Source of the DNA: Pseudomonadota bacterium
GTDB lineage: Bacteria; Campylobacterota; Campylobacteria; Campylobacterales; Sulfurimonadaceae
NCBI GenBank assembly: GCA_043797085.1
Contig: JAZDQA010000008.1
Coordinates: forward strand, 128,001 to 192,000
DNA length: 64,000 nucleotides
Direction of reading: 5' to 3'
This document shows, piece after piece, positions 53,066 to 62,647 of this stretch (within the stretch, counting starts at the first letter, position 1; each line of letters begins with the position of its first letter). The notes under the pieces are model-generated. The model did not search any database and was not told the origin of the DNA. It saw only the letters and a program-made list of their open reading frames with translations. Made by a program: the position numbers and the translations under genes.

Positions 53066-54817
53066 TTAATCTTCTAATGTAGAGATATCGCCCTCTGGCA
53101 ATCCCATTTCTCGCGCTTTTAGTAAACGCCGCATGATTTTTCCGCTTCGTGTTTTTGGTATGTTTTGAATAAATTCTATCTCTTTGGGTGCTACGGCACT
53201 GCCTAGTCTCTTGCGCCCAAATCCGATTAGTTCGCGTCGGAGTTCTTCGCTTGGCTCAAAACCGGTTTTTAGAGCAATAAAAGCTTTGACCAATTGCCCT
53301 ATCATCGCATCCGGTTTGCCGATGACACCTGCTTCCGCAACACTTGGATGTTCCATCAGGGTGCTTTCGACTTCAAAAGGTCCCACCATGTGTCCGGAGG
53401 TTTTGATGATGTCATCACTGCGTCCGACAAACCAGAAATAGCCATCTTCGTCTTTATAGGCGAGGTCGCCTGAGAGATACCAACCACCGACAAAACACTT
53501 TGAATAGCGATCATCATCATGAAGATAGTTGCGAAACATGGAGGGCCAGCCTGGTTTTAGGGCGAGCTCTCCTTCTTTATTTGCTTCGGTAACTTCCGTA
53601 ACAGTACCATCATCATGTTGATGGACTATGGATGCTTCGATTCCCGGAAGCGGTCGTCCCATCGAACCTGCGCGTATGTGCTGAGAGAGGAAGTTGGCAA
53701 TCATAATTCCCCCCGTTTCCGTTTGCCACCAGTTATCATGGATCGGCATTTTCAGTTTTTCCATACCCCAAATGACTGCTTCAGGATTGAGCGGTTCGCC
53801 GACGCTTTGGATGAGGCGCAAATGAGACAGATCATATTCTTTGGTCGGTTCATTATCCAGTCTCATTAACCGTCTGATCGCTGTCGGTGCCGTATACCAA
53901 ACCGTGACCTTCTCGTTTTGCAAAACACTGTACCATCGTGCGGCGTCAAACTCGGCTTCATCGACTATATTGGTAATGCCATGCAGCCAAGGGGTGATAA
54001 TCCCATATGAGGTTCCAGTAACCCATCCCGGATCGGCGGTGCACCAGTAAACATCATTGGGATGAAAATCGAGAACATAGTAACCGCTCATCCAGTGATT
54101 GTACAGGGCTTTATGGACATGAACTACCCCTTTTGGCATACCCGTCGTTCCGCTTGTGAAGTGCAGTATCGACATATCTTCAGGATCGGTAGGCAAAATG
54201 GTAAAGGAGTCGGAGGCTTTTTCCATCAGGCGAGGGAGTGAGCGGATACGTTCACTCTCGTCTTCTTGAGAATCGATCAAGAGTACATAGCGAAGATCGT
54301 TCAGTTGTTCCATTAGAGGACGAACTTTTTTTTCAAAAAGAGCTTTGGTCGTCAGAAGAACTTTGGCATCCCCTCGTTGCATTCGCTGAAATATAGGTTC
54401 AGGACCGAATTGGGAAAAAAGAGGGCAAAGGACACTACGGTTTTTGAGAATACCAATCGCGGCGATATAGAGTTCAGGCAACCGTGTAGAGAGGGTAAAT
54501 ATCCGCTCCCCTTTGGAAATTCCCAAAGATTGGAGTAGGTTGGCAAATTTGGCACTTTGTTTTTTTAAATCGATAAAAGTATAGGTTTTTCTCTCACCGT
54601 TTTCTCCTACCCATATCAATGCCGCTTTATCGCAAAGCGGACCATTAGCATGTCGGTCGATTGCTTCATGGGCGATATTGAGCCCGCCTGAGGGTAATCC
54701 ATCAAACTCTTTAGCCACATTTTCCCAACTGAAAGATTCTCGTTCATGGAGGTACTCCATTAGGTTTGGTTTGATGGAAAAAGCGTTCAGATTTTTTTCG
54801 ATCCAATTTTTATTCAT
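53066..54817 (-). CDS. acsA: Acetate--CoA ligase (Bacillus AcsA-type)
   Basis: [34 protein letters not shown]. Confidence 0.88.
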   Translation of the reverse strand: MNKNWIEKNLNAFSIKPNLMEYLHERESFSWENVAKEFDGLPSGGLNIAHEAIDRHANGPLCDKAALIWVGENGERKTYTFIDLKKQSAKFANLLQSLGISKGERIFTLSTRLPELYIAAIGILKNRSVLCPLFSQFGPEPIFQRMQRGDAKVLLTTKALFEKKVRPLMEQLNDLRYVLLIDSQEDESERIRSLPRLMEKASDSFTILPTDPEDMSILHFTSGTTGMPKGVVHVHKALYNHWMSGYYVLDFHPNDVYWCTADPGWVTGTSYGIITPWLHGITNIVDEAEFDAARWYSVLQNEKVTVWYTAPTAIRRLMRLDNEPTKEYDLSHLRLIQSVGEPLNPEAVIWGMEKLKMPIHDNWWQTETGGIMIANFLSQHIRAGSMGRPLPGIEASIVHQHDDGTVTEVTEANKEGELALKPGWPSMFRNYLHDDDRYSKCFVGGWYLSGDLAYKDEDGYFWFVGRSDDIIKTSGHMVGPFEVESTLMEHPSVAEAGVIGKPDAMIGQLVKAFIALKTGFEPSEELRRELIGFGRKRLGSAVAPKEIEFIQNIPKTRSGKIMRRLLKAREMGLPEGDISTLED

Positions 54818-54925
54818 CGTCTTTTTACCTCATTTAAAACTTCGTTCTGTTTGATAAAATCAAGTTTCGATTGAAAAAAGTATAAGTTAAATTAGTGATA
54901 AAAAAATGAAGTAAAGGGCGCAATT

Positions 54926-55714
54926 ATGATGACGCATACCGCATGGCGTTTCTTCGATACAGGGATGAAAAATGGTGCGTGGAATATGGCGGTAGATGAA
55001 CTGTTTTTGGAGGATTTCAAAGAGGGGGATATGCCGATCATAAGAGTGTATGGATGGGAAAATACCCTGAGTCTCGGACGATTTTCGATGTTTTCAAAGA
55101 ATCTTCATCATGAAAATATTCAGTCAAAAAATATTCCATTGGTTCGGCGTATGAGCGGAGGAGGAATATTGATCCATGGCGGTGATCTCTCTTACACTCT
55201 CATCATGCCGCGCATGAGAGACAGAAGCGTCAAAGATAATTATCGGTATGTATGCGGATTTCTCATCTCTTTGTATCAAAAGATGGGTTATGAGGCTCAA
55301 TTTGCGTGTGAACTTCATCTCAACGAACAACGCTCAACCCTTTGTCTTGGAGGAATTGAACCCTATGATATTGTAATTGAGGGAAAAAAGATGGGAGGAA
55401 ATGCTCAGCGTTATACGAGACATGCGGTATTTCAGCACGGAAGTATCCCTATGAGAATCGATGAATCCTTTTTTAAACCGCTTTTTTTGGAAGATTCAGG
55501 ATTAGAGCGGGCGGCAACATTGGAGATGCTTGGAACTGTGATGTCGTATGAGGAGCTTTGCGCATTGGTTCGAGAAGCATTTTGTGAAACATTTGCTGTT
55601 GAGCTCGTAACGGATTTTCTCACCGTATCGCAAGAGCAGCGCGTGATGCAACTAAGTGCGGAAAAATACACTCAGGAAAGTTGGAATCTACATGGAAAAA
55701 ACACTCATTCATAA
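54926..55714 (+). CDS. Lipoate-protein ligase/octanoyltransferase (LplA/LipM family)
   Basis: NMAVDE, RRMSGGG..H, KKMGGNAQ, QHGSI. Confidence 0.85.
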   Translation: MMTHTAWRFFDTGMKNGAWNMAVDELFLEDFKEGDMPIIRVYGWENTLSLGRFSMFSKNLHHENIQSKNIPLVRRMSGGGILIHGGDLSYTLIMPRMRDRSVKDNYRYVCGFLISLYQKMGYEAQFACELHLNEQRSTLCLGGIEPYDIVIEGKKMGGNAQRYTRHAVFQHGSIPMRIDESFFKPLFLEDSGLERAATLEMLGTVMSYEELCALVREAFCETFAVELVTDFLTVSQEQRVMQLSAEKYTQESWNLHGKNTHS

Positions 55715-56549
55715 GCCGCTATGGCTTCGTAAAAAGATTATTTTAAGTGACCTAAGCGCAATGGAGAGAGTATTGTCTCAAGGGCGTGTTCACACCATTT
55801 GTGAAGAGGCGATGTGTCCGAATATCAGCGAGTGCTTTAGTCAAAATGTGGCAAGCTTTATGATTTTAGGGACAGTTTGTACACGCGCATGCAGTTTTTG
55901 TGCTGTTGGCAGGGGAATTCCGTTGGCTTTAAATCCTTATGAACCTGAGAATGTTGCACGAACGGTTTCGCATCTGGGATTAAAACATGTGGTCATTACC
56001 AGTTCTACCCGTGATGATTTGAGTGATGGAGGCGCCGATCATTTTTGTAAAACGGTTCGTGCGATAAAGGCATTGGATAATTCTATCCTCGTAGAGCTTC
56101 TGATACCCGATATGAAAGAAAATCTCTCGGCACTGCGACAAGTGGCGGTAAGTGGAGCTGAGATTATCGGACATAATCTCGAAACCGTACCGAGGTTGTA
56201 TCATGTCCGAAAAGGGTCTGATTATGAACGCTCTCTTAGGGTATTGGCGATGCTTCATATTTTGAATCCTGATATTGCGCTCAAAAGCGGCATTATGCTT
56301 GGCTTTGGTGAGCGAGATGATGAGGTGGTGAGTCTTATGGAAGATTTACGGGAGGCGGGCTGTCGCTATTTGAGTATCGGACAGTATCTTGCCCCCTCGA
56401 ATAAACATGAAACGCTTGTAGAGTATGTGGAGCCAAAACGGTTCGAGTATCTTCGAGCGCGGGGAATGAAGATGGGTTTTTCATATATTAAAAGCTCTCC
56501 CTATACCCGCAGCAGCTATATGGCACATGAATATTTGGAGACAAGATGA
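55692..56549 (+). CDS. lipA: Lipoyl synthase
   Basis: CEEAMCPNISEC, CTRACSFC, RSSY. Confidence 0.93.
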   Translation: MEKTLIHKPLWLRKKIILSDLSAMERVLSQGRVHTICEEAMCPNISECFSQNVASFMILGTVCTRACSFCAVGRGIPLALNPYEPENVARTVSHLGLKHVVITSSTRDDLSDGGADHFCKTVRAIKALDNSILVELLIPDMKENLSALRQVAVSGAEIIGHNLETVPRLYHVRKGSDYERSLRVLAMLHILNPDIALKSGIMLGFGERDDEVVSLMEDLREAGCRYLSIGQYLAPSNKHETLVEYVEPKRFEYLRARGMKMGFSYIKSSPYTRSSYMAHEYLETR

Positions 56550-57892
56550 AACACTTTGATGCAGTCGTAATCGGGGCAGGACCGGGGGGATATGAAGGGG
56601 CTATTGAGCTTGGAAGGGCAGGGCTAAAAACACTGCTGATCGATAAAAGTAAAGACCGTATTGGAGGGACTTGTCTAAATGAGGGGTGTATCTCAACCAA
56701 AAATTATTTAGAGAGTGCTTCATATGCGTCAAAAGCAGCTTATTTTTCTGATTGCGGATTGGAGATGGAAGTCAAGGGACTGGACATGGAGCGTCTTCGC
56801 CAGAAGACATTAGCGCTTAAAAATGAGCTGCGTTCAGGTGTCGTATGGAGGCTGGAGCAAGCCGGTGTTGAAACTTTTTTTGGTGAAGCATCTTTTATTG
56901 ATTTTCACACAATTGATGTTTCGGGTGAGAAAATCGGTTTTGAGAAATGCATTATCGCCACAGGTGCGAAAGTTCGAGAGACACCGCTGCTTGCTCTGGA
57001 TGGTAAACGTATCCTTTCTAGCCGTGAGGTATTTGAACTGACAGCTCTCCCTAAATCGATCGTTATCGTCGGAGGAGGAGCCATCGGATGCGAATTCGCG
57101 ACATTTTTCAACGCTTTTGGAGTAAAAGTGACACTCATAGCACGAGGCATTCAACTCCTCTCCGGTGAAGATGAAGAGATTTCCAAGGCGTTACTGCGAA
57201 GCTTCAAAAAATCCGCTATCACGGTCATGACCTCCACCTCGATTTTAAAAGCCCAAGTGCATACCGATGGGGTTACACTGAGCGTTCAAGGGGAAATGGA
57301 AGAGACTATTGAGTGTGAACTCGTACTGTGTGCAATAGGGCGAGATCCCTATACCCAAGAGCTTCATCTTGAAAACGCAGGAGTGCAATTGTCTCACAAA
57401 GGTTTTATCCGTGTGAATGACTCTTTTCAAACCATTCAACCTAATATTTACGCGCTCGGTGATTGCATTGACACACCGGCATACGCCCATATCGCCTACA
57501 GCGAAGCAAAAATCGCCGCTCATAATCTCATCAGCGGCGGTACGCAATGCAATGACCATATTAATCCCACCACCGTCTTTTCGAATCCTCAAATTGCAAG
57601 CTGCGGATTGAGTGAAAAAGGGGCGCAAGCGCAAGAGAGAGCTATACACGTTAAAAAAGCTTTTTTTAAAGCCAATGCAAAAGCGAAGATTAACGGAGAT
57701 GATTCCGGATTTGTGAAGATGATTGTCTGCTCGCAAAGTGATGTGATTTTAGGAGCTTCGATCATTGGAGGAGAAGCAACGGAAATGATTCACGAGATGG
57801 TCGTGGCGGTTGAGAAAAAACTCACGTCCAAAGAGCTTACGAATATGATCCATGTCCACCCAAGCGTCTCTGAAATCTTTAGGAATCTTTGA
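56546..57892 (+). CDS. lpdA: Dihydrolipoamide dehydrogenase E3
   Basis: GAGPGG, GGTCLNEGC, GGGAIG, HPSVSE. Confidence 0.9.
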   Translation: MKHFDAVVIGAGPGGYEGAIELGRAGLKTLLIDKSKDRIGGTCLNEGCISTKNYLESASYASKAAYFSDCGLEMEVKGLDMERLRQKTLALKNELRSGVVWRLEQAGVETFFGEASFIDFHTIDVSGEKIGFEKCIIATGAKVRETPLLALDGKRILSSREVFELTALPKSIVIVGGGAIGCEFATFFNAFGVKVTLIARGIQLLSGEDEEISKALLRSFKKSAITVMTSTSILKAQVHTDGVTLSVQGEMEETIECELVLCAIGRDPYTQELHLENAGVQLSHKGFIRVNDSFQTIQPNIYALGDCIDTPAYAHIAYSEAKIAAHNLISGGTQCNDHINPTTVFSNPQIASCGLSEKGAQAQERAIHVKKAFFKANAKAKINGDDSGFVKMIVCSQSDVILGASIIGGEATEMIHEMVVAVEKKLTSKELTNMIHVHPSVSEIFRNL

Positions 57893-57925
57893 TAGAGTAT
57901 TTATATAAAAACATGAGGCGAATGT

Positions 57926-60532
57926 ATGAATACGATGACTCTTCCCGAAGTATTTTTAGCATTTGACACCTCGGATGAGGGATTGAATGAGGATGAAGTT
58001 ATACGGCGGAAGCAGCGATACGGACTGAACGTACTCTCCAAGATACCCACAAAACCATGGCTCTATAAATTAGCCGCACAATTTACCCATTTCTTCGCCC
58101 TGTTGCTTTGGGCTGCAGCGATCATCAGTTTCGGTACGGCGTGGATTGATCCTGCTTCCAATATGCTTCCAATTGGCTGGGCCATTGTTATTGTTATTAT
58201 TTTAAATGGGGCTTTTGGTTTTTATCAGGAGTTTCGTACCGAAAAAAGCTTGGAAGCTCTGCGAAATTTTCTTCCTCTGAAAGTCACTGTGTACCGTGAA
58301 GGAAATGAGCAAGAAATATTAGCCGAAGAACTGGTTCCAGGGGACATCATACTTTTGAATGAAGGGGATAAAGTTCCCTCCGATGTTTATGTCATACAGG
58401 CATTTGACTTGTGGCTTAATGAAAGTACCTTGACCGGTGAGAGTGAACTGGTTTCAGCCGATGCCGTTGGATCGGGTCATGTCAAAACAATTCTTTATTC
58501 GGGGACGTATGTCGTTAAAGGGGAAGCGAAAGGATTGGTCTTTGCAACAGGAAAGGAGAGCCGATACGGAACGATTGCCGCATTGACACAGAGTGTGGAT
58601 GCGGGAGAGAGTCACCTGCAAAAAGAGATTGCTCATATTTCAAAAGTTGTTGCTTTGACATCCGTGGTGATTGCCGGAAGTTTGATCATTCTCTCAGGAT
58701 TCGGAGAAAATGAATTATGGAAAACATTTTTGTTTTCACTGGGTGTACTGGTCGCATTGATCCCCGAGGGGCTATTGCCTACCGTTACCTTGTCATTAGC
58801 TTTTGGTGCACAGCGGATGGCTTCTAAGGGATTTTTAGTCAATGGACTTTCTGTTATTGAGAATCTTGGAGCCGTGACGGTGATTGCGACGGACAAAACG
58901 GGGACGATTACTCAAAACAAGATGGAAGTGGCCGCATGGGACGAGGATGAAAAACAAGAGCCGTCACAAGAATTGCTTGATGCTGCACTTTTGTGCAACC
59001 GGGCTGACGCATCGACCGGGGATCCGGTAGAGCAAGCTCTTTTTAAATTCGCAGCCGGCTATATCGATGTTGCAGCAAGGCGTAATGAATATCCGCTTGT
59101 GGGTGATTATACCTTTGATTATCATCTCAAACGGATGAGTACCGTACACAAGACCAAAGAAGGTTTCTTCGTTTTTTGCAAAGGGGCACCTGAAGTGATT
59201 TTGGAGTTATGTAATAAGGTCTTTACGTCCGAAGGAGAAAAAGAGATCACCGCCGATGAAACCCAAAAACTGATGGAAAAGCATGACCGTATGGCGGCAC
59301 TTGGGTATCGGGTAATCGCATTTGCCAAACGTGATTGTGCTGCGTTGCCAACCTCACGAACACAAGCCGAAAGCGGATTGATCTTTATCGGTTTTATTGC
59401 TATGGTTGATCCGATGAGAGATGATATTATTGAATCCATTGGATTGTGTCATCTGGCTGGGATACGACTATTGATGATTACTGGGGATCATCCCCTGACG
59501 GCTGGAGCGATTGGGATGAGTGCAGGGATTATTACGTCAATAACAGAAGTCACGACGGGGGAATTACTGGATAAACTTCCCCCGTCGGCAATCAAACATT
59601 TGTTACGGAAAAATCATGTTTTTGCCCGTGTCTCTCCGGAGCAAAAACTCACCCTCGTGACACTCCTTAAAGAGATGGGAGAAACGGTGGCGGTGACCGG
59701 TGATGGGGTAAACGATGCACCCGCACTCAAACGTGCCGATGTCGGGATCGCTATGGGATCAGGGACCGATGTGGCGAAACAATCCGCCGATGTGATTTTA
59801 ATGGACAATCATTTTGCGACGATTGTCAAAGGGATCGAAGAGGGGAGAGCCGTCTATGAAAACATACGAAGGTTTATCACCTATATGTTGGCGAGCAATC
59901 TCCCTGAAGCCGTTCCGTATGTTATTTTCTTTTTGCTCGGTCTCCCTTTGGCGCTTCCCGTTCCGCTGGTCTTGGCGATTGATTTGGGGACGGACATTCT
60001 TCCGGGGATGGCTTTGGGAACGGAATTACCGCATAAGGGATTGATGAATCAAAAACCCCGAAGCCGTAAAGAGCATATCTTGACGATGGGTGTCTATTGG
60101 CGGGCCTTTGGATTTTTGGGACTCTTGACGGCGGTGCTCTCTATAGGGCTTTTTTGGTTCTATCTTAATGCACACGGTTGGAACGGTGAACCCTTGTCGT
60201 GGACGAATCCTCTCTATCTTCAAGCGACAACTGTGACGTTTACGGCGATTGTTTTTGCACAGATCGCAAACGGTCTCTCGTGCCGAAGCGTAGATGAGTC
60301 TTTATTTGCGATCGGATGGTGGAGTAATCGTTATTACTGGATCGGTGTTGCGGTGGAATTGAGCGTTTTGGGAATAATTATTTTTTTCACCCCTCTCACG
60401 CATATTTTCGGAACCGCTCCATTCGACCCGATTTATTGGTGGGCGGTTGTAGCCGTTACTGTGATCGTTTTGGCAGCGGAAGAGGGGAGAAAAGGGTTGA
60501 TGAGGTATTGGAATAAAAAACGCAGCCGATAA
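57926..60532 (+). CDS. Type II cation-transporting P-type ATPase
   Basis: TGES, PEGL, DKTGT, KGAPE, GDGVND, IDLGTD. Confidence 0.92.
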   Translation: MNTMTLPEVFLAFDTSDEGLNEDEVIRRKQRYGLNVLSKIPTKPWLYKLAAQFTHFFALLLWAAAIISFGTAWIDPASNMLPIGWAIVIVIILNGAFGFYQEFRTEKSLEALRNFLPLKVTVYREGNEQEILAEELVPGDIILLNEGDKVPSDVYVIQAFDLWLNESTLTGESELVSADAVGSGHVKTILYSGTYVVKGEAKGLVFATGKESRYGTIAALTQSVDAGESHLQKEIAHISKVVALTSVVIAGSLIILSGFGENELWKTFLFSLGVLVALIPEGLLPTVTLSLAFGAQRMASKGFLVNGLSVIENLGAVTVIATDKTGTITQNKMEVAAWDEDEKQEPSQELLDAALLCNRADASTGDPVEQALFKFAAGYIDVAARRNEYPLVGDYTFDYHLKRMSTVHKTKEGFFVFCKGAPEVILELCNKVFTSEGEKEITADETQKLMEKHDRMAALGYRVIAFAKRDCAALPTSRTQAESGLIFIGFIAMVDPMRDDIIESIGLCHLAGIRLLMITGDHPLTAGAIGMSAGIITSITEVTTGELLDKLPPSAIKHLLRKNHVFARVSPEQKLTLVTLLKEMGETVAVTGDGVNDAPALKRADVGIAMGSGTDVAKQSADVILMDNHFATIVKGIEEGRAVYENIRRFITYMLASNLPEAVPYVIFFLLGLPLALPVPLVLAIDLGTDILPGMALGTELPHKGLMNQKPRSRKEHILTMGVYWRAFGFLGLLTAVLSIGLFWFYLNAHGWNGEPLSWTNPLYLQATTVTFTAIVFAQIANGLSCRSVDESLFAIGWWSNRYYWIGVAVELSVLGIIIFFTPLTHIFGTAPFDPIYWWAVVAVTVIVLAAEEGRKGLMRYWNKKRSR

Positions 60533-60553
60533 TTATTATATTGATCTTTATTC

Positions 60554-60579
60554 AGCGTAAAATTTTTACGCTTTATTTT
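60554..60579. terminator. Possible terminator between convergent genes
   Basis: AGCGTAAAA-T-TTTTACGCT followed by T-rich tract. Confidence 0.45.
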
Positions 60580-60642
60580 ACGCGAGACAATGCCAATCTT
60601 TGGCATATCCAAACCATTGGTATGGAAAAAGATAAAAAATGA

Positions 60643-61143
60643 TTATAGTGCCCACTCCTTCACTATTTCATAGTGTGCTCCATCACTGTGAAGAACACTT
60701 TTGTAGAGGGCTATTTTAGATTCAAGAATACCAATCGTTTCACATGGAGGATTTGTGAGGAGATGGGTGAAAATATCGGAGTCATTGATTTTTTTAACCC
60801 GTATCATAGTGACATGAGGATTTAATTCAATAGGTTCAAGCCCAAGAAAAAGTGCAAGTCGGTCATAAAGAATTTGCAGAGTATGGTTTTGTGTTGTTGC
60901 TACAAATACGCGGCTTGCAGAAAAATAATCGAATTTTGTTAATTCGGATGGTTTAAATGACCAATCAAAGTCACAAAGCTTATCGATCAGTATATCCTGC
61001 TGAAATTGATGACCAAAAAAAGCGATCGTAGCATGAAGATAATCTTCTTCTCTCCATCTTCCTTCTAGCAGTGGGCTAAATTCTTGTTTAATTCGTTCAT
61101 AGTTGTAAAGACGTACCGGAACGGCTAGGAAAAGACGTATCAT
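60643..61143 (-). CDS. thpR: RNA 2',3'-cyclic phosphodiesterase (2H family)
   Basis: RLFLA, LHAT and PHVT motifs, LYKS..GAHY. Confidence 0.85.
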   Translation of the reverse strand: MIRLFLAVPVRLYNYERIKQEFSPLLEGRWREEDYLHATIAFFGHQFQQDILIDKLCDFDWSFKPSELTKFDYFSASRVFVATTQNHTLQILYDRLALFLGLEPIELNPHVTMIRVKKINDSDIFTHLLTNPPCETIGILESKIALYKSVLHSDGAHYEIVKEWAL

Positions 61144-61153
61144 ATAAAATTCT

Positions 61154-61630
61154 TTATTTTTTTTCCTGTGCGATTATTTGGTCAAGATGGTAAAAAAGAT
61201 TTGGATATTTTTGTTTGATCTCATTAAGAAGCCAATTCAGATCAAGATTTACTACAGTGCTCTCAGGACGACCTAGCGCAAGTGTACGTATTCGATCCAT
61301 GGCAACTTCCCATACGTCATGAAAATCGATCGGTAGATGCTGCCAAATCACTTTTTCAAGTTTAAGTTTAAAGTTTTCACTCTGTGCAGAGGTCAAAAAT
61401 CGAACCATCTGTGTGAGCGATTCAGCTGTTGAGAGTGTATAGATATTATCTTCATCGTCAAGAATTATCCACGGATGTTTTTTATCCCAGCTGCCTTGAA
61501 GAAGCTCTAAATTTTTGTGCCGCTCATCACTGCCTGGTCTCATCCTTACAACAGTCAATTCTAAAATATTGATTCCCATATTTTCAGCTATTTGTCCAAA
61601 ATCTTTTTTTAGATGTTCTGGATAAGTCAT
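61154..61630 (-). CDS. DUF2603-like protein
   Basis: ENFKLKLEK.I..HLPIDFHDVW.VAM, IK.KYPNLF. Confidence 0.7.
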   Translation of the reverse strand: MTYPEHLKKDFGQIAENMGINILELTVVRMRPGSDERHKNLELLQGSWDKKHPWIILDDEDNIYTLSTAESLTQMVRFLTSAQSENFKLKLEKVIWQHLPIDFHDVWEVAMDRIRTLALGRPESTVVNLDLNWLLNEIKQKYPNLFYHLDQIIAQEKK

Positions 61631-61777
61631 AAATCACCTCTTTCTAAAATAGTTTGAGTAGTACATTTTATGTTATTATTAATAATAACATATATTTATG
61701 AGATGATGCATGCTTAGTATTTTTTTGACATCACATAAGCGATTTGGGTACACTAAACAACTTTATAAATCGGGACA

Positions 61778-62641
61778 ATGCCAATGAAACAGATGATGCA
61801 GATATATCGTGATAACCGAGAAGCCGTTGAGGGGTTTTTGCTGACGACGATCAGTGACAATCCTCACCAAGATTTGGATGATGTGCAGGTACAAAACTTT
61901 TTCAAACGGCTCCCATGTCTGAGTGATATGTATCTGATTAACGAAAAAGGGGAACAAATTACCCCAACTTGGCGAAGAAAAGGTCATGATATGGCGATGA
62001 AAGGGACGGATAGGGGATATTTCATCAACCGTATCCGATTTGATGACAACGGCAACTACGTCTCCAGCCCTTACATCTGCGCCAACAGCGGCGTATCAAA
62101 AGTTTCCATTGCACGCAAATATTCGGATGGCAGAATTGCCGTATTTGATTTGGATCTTGTTTCTGTACTGACCAAAATGCATCTGATTGACAGTGACCGT
62201 ATTATTTCAAAACTTTCCGTTTGGGTTTACGCACTTTTGGGCGGGGGATTAGTGTTGTTGGCGCTGTTTCTCGGTGTCTATGGATTGATCGGATTTGCAA
62301 AAGCGCTAATGAGTTTCGGAGATGAGACGCTGCAGCATGTGTTCAAATCGATCATCGGGATAACCCTTGCGATTGCGATTTACGATTTGGCGAAAACGAT
62401 TTTGGAACAGGAAGTATTCTATCGTTCTTTGACGCTCGAAGAAGGGAACGAATACAAAACCCTCACTAAATTCCTCACCTCGATCATCATCGCCCTCTCT
62501 ATCGAATCACTTATGGTCGTATTTAAAGTAGCGATTGACGATATCCGCAACATGAATTATGCTTTTTATCTCATCAGCGGGGTCGGTATTTTGATCGTCT
62601 CCATGGCGGTTTTAAATTATGTCAGCCGTAAAAATCGGTAA
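61778..62641 (+). CDS. PDC-like sensor domain fused to PsiE-like membrane domain
   Basis: DRGYF..YVSSPY; TLAIAIYDLAKTI, IIIALSIESLM. Confidence 0.65.
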   Translation: MPMKQMMQIYRDNREAVEGFLLTTISDNPHQDLDDVQVQNFFKRLPCLSDMYLINEKGEQITPTWRRKGHDMAMKGTDRGYFINRIRFDDNGNYVSSPYICANSGVSKVSIARKYSDGRIAVFDLDLVSVLTKMHLIDSDRIISKLSVWVYALLGGGLVLLALFLGVYGLIGFAKALMSFGDETLQHVFKSIIGITLAIAIYDLAKTILEQEVFYRSLTLEEGNEYKTLTKFLTSIIIALSIESLMVVFKVAIDDIRNMNYAFYLISGVGILIVSMAVLNYVSRKNR

Positions 62642-62647
62642 CTTTTA

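Noticed and set aside
54851..54863. TTGAT-AAA-ATCAA palindrome between acsA and the lipoate ligase as an FNR/Crp box
   Set aside because: Spacer is 3 nt rather than 4; single AT-rich instance, though it could bind another regulator
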